A stretch of DNA of 24,000 bases from Candidatus Methanophagales archaeon. GTDB lineage: Archaea; Halobacteriota; Syntropharchaeia; Alkanophagales; Methanospirareceae. The stretch's first letter is position 1; each line of letters opens with the position of its first letter. Shown here piece by piece: positions 18,195 to 24,000 of the stretch. Below the pieces are notes generated by a model. It worked only from the letters and a program-made list of their open reading frames with translations, did no database searches and was not told where the DNA came from. A program made the position numbers and the translations under genes. The DNA lies in assembly GCA_024699715.1 (NCBI GenBank), contig JANPRD010000012.1, forward strand, positions 10,605-34,604, given 5' to 3'.

Positions 18195-18745
18195 AGAAAG
18201 TGGGGTTAGTTGTTGAAGATAAGCATACAGAAGCGATAAAAGAGATAGGCAAAAAGCTCGGTATTAAGCCTATAATTAGGAGGCAAAGAGGTAGAATAAA
18301 TGTGCGGAAGGCATCTGCTTTTGCGAATGAATTACTTAGAAGTTGCGAGAAAGTGATAATTCTTGGGGATGCTGACTGCAACGAGGAGGGGGAGCGAGAG
18401 AGACTTCAGAGAATCTACGAGCATCTTCCTGAAGGGTTGAGAGAGCGTGTTCACATTTGCATTATTGTTCACGAATTGGAATCTTGGCTCCTCGCAGACG
18501 AAAATGCAATTTCAAGAGTCTTAGGGAAAAATGTGAAACCGGTACAGAATCCTGAAAGCATACACGACGCAAAGGAATATTTGGAGGGATTGTTTGAAGA
18601 AGGAGGCGAGAAAAACTTAACGAACTTGCTGGCAGGGGAGATTGCGAAGCATGTGAATGTGGAGAAATTGAGGGAAAAGTGTGCATCTTTTGCGGATTTT
18701 GAGAGGATGGTAAGGAATGGTAATGTCAGAAGAAGAGATGCATGA
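18191..18745 (+). CDS. Toprim-like protein, DUF4276-type (putative nuclease partner of the ATPase)
   Basis: 184 aa. The ATG overlaps the ATPase stop (ATGA). Motifs are GLVVED (acidic strand), VIILGDADC (DxD) and IIVHELESWLLADE. The DUF4276 assignment is from memory of that family's ELESW-type motif. Confidence 0.75.
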   Translation: MKKVGLVVEDKHTEAIKEIGKKLGIKPIIRRQRGRINVRKASAFANELLRSCEKVIILGDADCNEEGERERLQRIYEHLPEGLRERVHICIIVHELESWLLADENAISRVLGKNVKPVQNPESIHDAKEYLEGLFEEGGEKNLTNLLAGEIAKHVNVEKLREKCASFADFERMVRNGNVRRRDA

Positions 18746-19187
18746 GCAGCAGCAAGAGTGGGAGAAGAGTAGGAGGCGAGAATCACTGCTTGAGGAATTT
18801 TTGCGACCTTCGCATGTGTTTGCGGTAGTCGGTGCGACGCCGAAGCGAGAGAAATACGGCTACAAGATTTTCAAGAGCCTGAAGGAGGCGGGCTACAAGG
18901 TGTATGCGGTGAATCCGAACCACGAGGAGATTGAGGGTGAGCGTTGCTACGCATCCTTGAGCGAGCTGCCTGAGAAGCCGGATGTCGTTGACATCGTTGT
19001 TCCTCCAGCGGTAACAGAGCAAATTGTGCGTGAGGCTCACCGCCTCGGCATCAAAAGAATATGGATGCAGCCCGGTGCGGAGAGCGAAGAAGCGATAAAA
19101 TTCTGCGAAGAGCATGGAATATCTGTCATTCACGGTCTCTGCGTCATGCTTGAATCCTTGCGTGCAGCGAGAAAGCGAGAGATATGA
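18717..19187 (+). CDS. CoA-binding domain protein, copy 2
   Basis: 156 aa, differing from copy 1 at one residue (GIKKIW versus GIKRIW). Confidence 0.85.
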   Translation: MVMSEEEMHEQQQEWEKSRRRESLLEEFLRPSHVFAVVGATPKREKYGYKIFKSLKEAGYKVYAVNPNHEEIEGERCYASLSELPEKPDVVDIVVPPAVTEQIVREAHRLGIKRIWMQPGAESEEAIKFCEEHGISVIHGLCVMLESLRAARKREI

Positions 19188-19211
19188 GAGGCAAAATTGC
19201 AACGAAAAGAA

Positions 19212-19511
19212 ATGCGAAATGCGGTGGATGAGAAAGAAAAAACGGAAGCACGGGTGAAGAAGGACATCGCTCTTTTTGAGGAGAACTTTTCAAAGATTGA
19301 GCAAGTGAGAGACCCTGCAGACGCAAAAACGATTGAACTTGCGAGGGCATACTGCGAAGATGCGAAGTTTTACCTTGAAAAAGGCGACTTATTCACCGCT
19401 TTCGGTTGCATTAACTACGCTCACGGTCTTTTAGACGCTGTGAGAATGCGTAAGGAATTCGCTGGGGAGAATAGAAGAGAGCAGAGGAGCAGCAAGAAGC
19501 TTAAAAGTTAA
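19212..19511 (+). CDS. DUF357-like small protein, copy 2 (C-terminal extension of 9 aa)
   Basis: Same as copy 1 with about 4 substitutions. Copy 1 stops after ..ENRRE, whereas copy 2 reads on as ..ENRREQRSSKKLKS. Its 3' end therefore overlaps the convergent presenilin-like gene. Confidence 0.6.
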   Translation: MRNAVDEKEKTEARVKKDIALFEENFSKIEQVRDPADAKTIELARAYCEDAKFYLEKGDLFTAFGCINYAHGLLDAVRMRKEFAGENRREQRSSKKLKS

Positions 19512-20528
19512 GAGCCGAGTGAGACGCCGAGAAGGAATCCGAGAATCGCCCCTGAGTTCAGGAAAGGGAGACCTGCGTGGGGCTTTCCCCTGCCTGCGAA
19601 AGTGCAAAGGAGAGCGTAACCCGCAAGCGTGCCTGCGACAGAACCGATGGCAGAAGCAAAGGATGCGTAGCGGTATGCTGAGACTGCGAGAATCGCAGGA
19701 ATAATCGCATCGCCGAGACCCATGAAAAATGCTTCTCCACCTCCTAACTCCTGCTGCTCCTTTCCGCCTTCCTGCCCCGCTTTCTCCGCTTTTTCCGCCC
19801 GCTCTTTCTGCTCTTCCTGCTCGCCCTTTTGCAGCACCCACTTTAAGCAGAGAGAACTTGCGTCTGCGAGGCAAGACGAAAAGTAGGGGAACACGCATCT
19901 CCACAACGCTTGATGCGAGCGAGACCATGTGCTTCGTGCCGTAGACGGAGACAGCGTCGTAGACTGCGAGTATGACAAGTAGGACAATTACAGGCAGAAC
20001 TTGCAGGGAGATGCCGAAAATTGATGCCACTCCAGAGGCAACAAGCAATCCAACAGCATCAATAACATACCACTCCGGACGAAAGTAGAGCAGAGCGGTG
20101 AGAGCAAGCGCCACAATCAAAGGAAATATATCAAGCGCTGGAACGAAAGCAACATGGAAAATATTGAGAATGATTGGAACGAAGGCGGAAAGCACCCAAT
20201 ATATTGTCGCAGCGACTGCAAATAGCATGAAAAGATGCACGAACTTCATGCCGCCGAATTTCAAAATCACGAGAATCGCAGCGGTGAAGCAGAGAACGAG
20301 GGCGAAGAAGAAGACTGCGTTAAATACGGATTCTGGATTTTCAAACGCCTTCATTCCCGCAGTTTCAAACGGTGCTGCGAGAAGCAACGCAAAGACATGC
20401 GTGAGAAGCAGGAGCAAGCCCATACCCGCAAACGCAAAAACATTCCCACGAGATTCTTCCTCCACATCCTTACCTGAACTTTCCTCAAACGCTTGCATGC
20501 GCCTCACACGCCCTCTATTTTTGTCCAT
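19508..20528 (-). pseudogene. Presenilin/SPP homologue, copy 2, frameshifted in the cytosolic loop between the YD and GLGD motifs
   Basis: ORF 19431..20528 carries the N-terminus through ..AVYDAVSVYGTKHMVSLASS..RRRKFSLLKVGAAKGRAGRAERA and then becomes nonsense. The segment ..ELGGGEAFFMGLGDAIIPAIL.. lies in the frame of ORF 19508..19987. Relative to copy 1 there is a roughly 4-nt insertion near 19796-19801 and an in-frame 9-nt insertion near 19837-19845. Confidence 0.8.
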
Positions 20529-20571
20529 CGCCCGAAGGTGGTGCCCGCTCCCTCCGCCCGCTCGCTACCGC

Positions 20572-21486
20572 TTAGATTTTGTTGAAGAATTGTTTGAGGG
20601 TTTTTGCGAGTTCAACGCTGTCCGCCTCTGAACGCATCAAAATCTTCGCCTTTAATATTTTGCAACTGCTACTGTGGCAGCATTCGTCCTGCTCGTCAAT
20701 GACTAAAGCGTCAAGGAAATCCTCGTAGCACTTCAGAACGCCTTCCGCAGAGACTTCAAAGCCGCATGCTCGCATCAGTGCAGCAGCGGGACCGCTCACG
20801 GGTCTTCCACCAATAATTGGCGATATTGCAATAACTTTCTTCTCTTTCAAACGCTCTCTTACGCCTCTGAGGCTCAAAATCGGAGAAATGCTTGTTATCG
20901 GATTGCTCGGACCGATAAGCACGAAATCCTCCTCCTCAAGCAGCTCTTTAAATCTCTCAGAAGGCTGAACACGCTCAACGCCTTCAAATCTGACGCCTCG
21001 CACAGAAGGCTTTCCTCTCCGCAGGACCCAGAAATCCTGAAAGTGCATCTCCCCCTCATCCGTGAGGATTTTCGTTTTCACCGCAGCAGGCTCGTCTGTC
21101 ATCGGAATGACCTCCGCAGAGATGCCGAAGCGAGAGGCGAGCATAGAAGTCGCTTCACTCAGCGTCAAACCCCTGCGAAGCATTTCAGAACGAAATATGT
21201 GCGTCGCCCTGTCCAAGTCGCCAATTTTCAGTTTCTCGTCGCATCCAAGCCTTAACAAAGCGGAATGCGTTTTGAATGTGTCGTTTCGGATGCCCCACCA
21301 TCTCTCCTCGTCAATCACGCCTGCGAGAGCGTAAATCACCGCATCTATGTCTGGGCAGACAAGATTGCCTGAAATCCAAACATCTTCAGCCGTATTTACA
21401 ACAATCTTTAACTCGCTTTCGGGAAAAATCTTCTTCATTCCAATAAGCAATTTCGGCGTTCCCGTCCCTCCCGATAGAATTATCAT
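20572..21486 (-). CDS. cofD: 2-phospho-L-lactate transferase, copy 2
   Basis: 304 aa, with about 6 substitutions relative to copy 1. Confidence 0.9.
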   Translation of the reverse strand: MIILSGGTGTPKLLIGMKKIFPESELKIVVNTAEDVWISGNLVCPDIDAVIYALAGVIDEERWWGIRNDTFKTHSALLRLGCDEKLKIGDLDRATHIFRSEMLRRGLTLSEATSMLASRFGISAEVIPMTDEPAAVKTKILTDEGEMHFQDFWVLRRGKPSVRGVRFEGVERVQPSERFKELLEEEDFVLIGPSNPITSISPILSLRGVRERLKEKKVIAISPIIGGRPVSGPAAALMRACGFEVSAEGVLKCYEDFLDALVIDEQDECCHSSSCKILKAKILMRSEADSVELAKTLKQFFNKI

Positions 21487-22556
21487 CTCAACACACTCTC
21501 ATAAACATCTAAAGTTTGCTCCGCAACTTTATCCCATGTGAAATTCTTCGCCTTCTCTCTTGATAAGCGACCCATTCGCTCCAAATCCTCCTTCAATATC
21601 TCCTCTATTGCCTCCTTTATCTCACGAGCGGAAGTCCCGCAGAGTATTCCGTTCCCTTGCACATAATATCTGTTGTCGCTCACATCTGAAGCAATTATCG
21701 GCAGTCCTGATGCCATCGCCTCAAGTATTGTGATTGGCTGTGCCTCAAGTTTTGACGGCAAAATGAAAATATCAATACTGCGGTAGAATGAAGGTGCATC
21801 ATCTACATATCCCAACACCCTTATCCTCTCATTTTCCGCCCTTTTAAGTCGCTTGAACAGCGGACCTGTCCCCGCAATCCTTAAATTTATCCGCTTCCCC
21901 TCCAAAATCAGCTTCTTTACCGCTCTCACCATGTTCAGCACATTCTTCTCGTGTGAGAGCCTGCCGAGGTAGCCGATGCATATCTCTCCTTCTTCACGAC
22001 GCCCCCCGCAGCAGCCTTCCTCCGCTCCTTCCTCCGCCGTCTCAAGTTCCCATCTCGGCTTGAATCTCTCAATATCAACGCCGTTCGGAATGACGACCGT
22101 CTCTGTCTCGTTGTTGCAATATCGCCGTATTTCCTCCGCAATCGTCCTCGCCACGGAAATAAATTTCTTTGAGCGTCCTGCGTAGAGAGATGCGAGCGTT
22201 CCTATCAAAACACGGGCAAGTTCCCCCTCAAAACCCTCCCCTATTTGAATGTGGAATGTGTTGATTACGCTTATTTCACTGCAAATAGATGAGAATGGCA
22301 TGAGAAATTCTGAAAATGTCGCCGCATGATGAATATGAAGGATGTCAAAACCCTCAATCTCACGCCTTATTTTCTTCAGAGCGATGTCAAATCCGTATGA
22401 GATGCCGCCTTTGTGGTTTCCTACCATTAAGGAATCAAGCGAGAATTGGTTTATTTTCTTCACCTCGTGTCCTCTGCGTTCAAATTCTTTTGAGAGCGCT
22501 TCAACATGCGTTTTTATACCTCCATGCACATTTCGGTAGTAAAATGCAATTCGCAT
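21483..22556 (-). CDS. Glycosyltransferase family 4, copy 2
   Basis: ORF 21483..22724 is open further upstream, but the conserved start MRIAFYY maps to 22556. It has about 7 substitutions relative to copy 1. Confidence 0.85.
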   Translation of the reverse strand: MRIAFYYRNVHGGIKTHVEALSKEFERRGHEVKKINQFSLDSLMVGNHKGGISYGFDIALKKIRREIEGFDILHIHHAATFSEFLMPFSSICSEISVINTFHIQIGEGFEGELARVLIGTLASLYAGRSKKFISVARTIAEEIRRYCNNETETVVIPNGVDIERFKPRWELETAEEGAEEGCCGGRREEGEICIGYLGRLSHEKNVLNMVRAVKKLILEGKRINLRIAGTGPLFKRLKRAENERIRVLGYVDDAPSFYRSIDIFILPSKLEAQPITILEAMASGLPIIASDVSDNRYYVQGNGILCGTSAREIKEAIEEILKEDLERMGRLSREKAKNFTWDKVAEQTLDVYESVLR

Positions 22557-22675
22557 TGCACACTCCCACCCACACACGCTCTCCTTGAATTCAAAACGCT
22601 CAACGCTTTTTAAAACTTGCGGGAGTAGAAGGGCAGAGAAGGACAGAGAAGAGCAGAAGGTGAGGCAAGGGGTAG

Positions 22676-24000
22676 ATGGATATGAGGACTTGGAGCAAGA
22701 ACCGTGAATTTCTCGCCGTTTCAACGCTCACTCTCGCATTCTTCTGCCTCGCAGTATTCAATTTGGGCTCTCTCCACATTCCTGACTCATGCTGGCAACC
22801 CTCCGCTTTTGCGCATGCCGTCGGGCTTAAGTGGGACGAGAAGATTGAGGTAATTGTCGCTCTTAACAGCACGCTCAACAGCACGGAGAACGCCAGAAAC
22901 TTCACAAAAAACGCACTTAACAGCACTTCTACAACACAAGTGGGAGCGATTTACATCTTTCTGAGCGATGCGAACACGACAAAATTTGAAGTTTTCGGCA
23001 AAGGAGACGGCGCCCAATGGCGGAAACTCCACACATACGACAACTCAAAGAGCGTTCATTTCTGCAATTGGGAGCGGATTGCGTTGAACACGAACGCATC
23101 CTTCTTGAAGTTCGTTTTTGAGCCTACAGACGGGAAAGTAGGGGAAATATTTGTGATTTCGCCGAGAGGCGAGAAGATTAACGCAAGCGTTCGCTATTTC
23201 GGTGTCAGCAGCAGTCGCAAAAACAGCAAAAACGAGAGCAAGGAGGAGTGGAATTTGAGCGGAGTTGCGGACCCGAGAAGGCTTTTTGACGAGCAAGCGC
23301 TGGATGTGCCTCTGACGCAAGAGAGCGGTGCGTATTTTGACGAGATGTATTTTGTGCGAACCGCATGGGAGCATATTCACTTTAAAGAGCCTTACGAGTG
23401 GACGCATCCTCCGCTCGCCAAGTTAATAATCGCTGCGGGCATTCTGCTCTTCGGAATGAACCCTTTTGGGTGGCGAATTTTTGGCGTTATTGCGGCGACT
23501 GCGATGATTCCTCTCGTATTCATCCTTGCGAAGCGCATATTCAGGAGCTCTGCGGGAGCTTTCTTCGCTTCCTTCCTGCTCACTTTTGACTTCATGCACT
23601 TCACGCTCGCAAGACTTGCAACAGGCGAAATCTTCATCATGCTCTTCTCACTCTTAATGTTCTTTTTCGCTGCATCTTTCATTTTCGCCGACAAAGGCAT
23701 GCGGATATTCGGAAGGAATAATAGTGATTTCTGCCTGTTCTTAAGCACTGTCTCTTTCGGTTTGTGCTTTGCAGTGAAATGGACAGCATTTTACGGCTTC
23801 ATCTCTGTTATTGTTCTCGTGCTTCTCACGAATTTTTTGCGTCGTGAGCAAATCTTAAGAGGCTTCAGAGGTATTTTCGCAGGTTTGCTCGTCTCTTCCG
23901 CAATATATATCGCTTCTTACATACCTTATATGCTTTGCGGTCATTCCCTCTTTGATGTTTTTCTGCTGCAATTCACGATGTTCGGCTACCACGCAGGCTT
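22676..24000 (+). CDS. PMT/GT39-family mannosyltransferase with N-terminal anchor and beta-rich domain, copy 2, intact as far as the window edge (partial)
   Basis: My translation from the ATG at 22676 stays open to 24000: MDMRTWSKNREFLAVSTLTLAFFCLAVF..NSTENARNFTKNALNSTSTTQVGAIYIFLSDANTTKFEVFG..DEMYFVRTAWEHIHF... The ORF track lists no counterpart of the 81-aa stub seen in copy 1, as expected for an open frame running off the edge. Confidence 0.8.
   Translation, partial: MDMRTWSKNREFLAVSTLTLAFFCLAVFNLGSLHIPDSCWQPSAFAHAVGLKWDEKIEVIVALNSTLNSTENARNFTKNALNSTSTTQVGAIYIFLSDANTTKFEVFGKGDGAQWRKLHTYDNSKSVHFCNWERIALNTNASFLKFVFEPTDGKVGEIFVISPRGEKINASVRYFGVSSSRKNSKNESKEEWNLSGVADPRRLFDEQALDVPLTQESGAYFDEMYFVRTAWEHIHFKEPYEWTHPPLAKLIIAAGILLFGMNPFGWRIFGVIAATAMIPLVFILAKRIFRSSAGAFFASFLLTFDFMHFTLARLATGEIFIMLFSLLMFFFAASFIFADKGMRIFGRNNSDFCLFLSTVSFGLCFAVKWTAFYGFISVIVLVLLTNFLRREQILRGFRGIFAGLLVSSAIYIASYIPYMLCGHSLFDVFLLQFTMFGYHAG

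Larger units (their letters stand above)
18473..24000 (+). repeat. Segmental duplication, copy 2 (continues beyond the window)
   Basis: See copy 1. Identity is about 78% (aa) over the first 200 nt or so (DUF4276 3' end), then about 98-99% from about 18680 onward. Confidence 0.9.

Noticed and set aside
22557-22724. 56-aa N-terminal extension of GT4 copy 2 (413-aa ORF)
   Set aside because: The extension is translated intergenic sequence (it overlaps the PMT promoter region) and is absent from copy 1. Both copies share the start MRIAFYY.
6557-24000. Repeat as the terminal redundancy of a circular plasmid or virus contig, or as a simple tandem duplication
   Set aside because: The copies differ by 1-2% and by several indels, and the left flanks are unrelated (RM gene versus thermosome and ATPase). 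This is neither an identical assembly overlap nor a head-to-tail tandem unit.
1-24000. tRNA, rRNA, CRISPR arrays, transposases or integrases that could explain the duplication or the islands
   Set aside because: I recognised none on either strand. No integrase or transposase motifs appear in any ORF, and I found no inverted terminal repeats by eye.

Overview
This is an archaeal chromosomal window. The evidence is a group II chaperonin (thermosome), the F420 gene cofD, a presenilin-like intramembrane protease, TTTATATA-type promoter boxes and oligo-T terminators. Four things stand out. (1) A six-gene block (CoA-binding protein, DUF357-like protein, presenilin/SPP homologue, CofD, GT4 glycosyltransferase, PMT-family mannosyltransferase) occurs twice in direct orientation, at about 6557-12069 and 18473-24000. 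The offset is about 11.92-11.93 kb, proteins are about 98% identical, and copy 2 runs off the right edge. (2) The left edge of each copy carries a different AT-rich accessory cassette. Copy 2 has an intact two-gene ABC-type ATPase plus Toprim-like (DUF4276-type) operon, which is a split-OLD/PARIS-like candidate defence system. Copy 1 has a roughly 1090-aa fused type IIG restriction-modification gene and only a diverged 3' relic of the DUF4276 gene. (3) There are at least five frame disruptions: the RM gene, both presenilin copies at different sites, PMT copy 1, and the signal peptide of a nuclease gene. (4) At the left edge, a partial gene missing from the ORF track encodes a lamin-tail-domain plus staphylococcal-nuclease protein. 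The unique spacer holds a small wHTH gene, a Q-rich orphan gene, a TldD/PmbA protein and the thermosome. I recognised no tRNA, rRNA, CRISPR array, transposase or integrase. Frames and coordinates rely on the ORF track; single-base indel positions were read by eye and are good to only a few nt.
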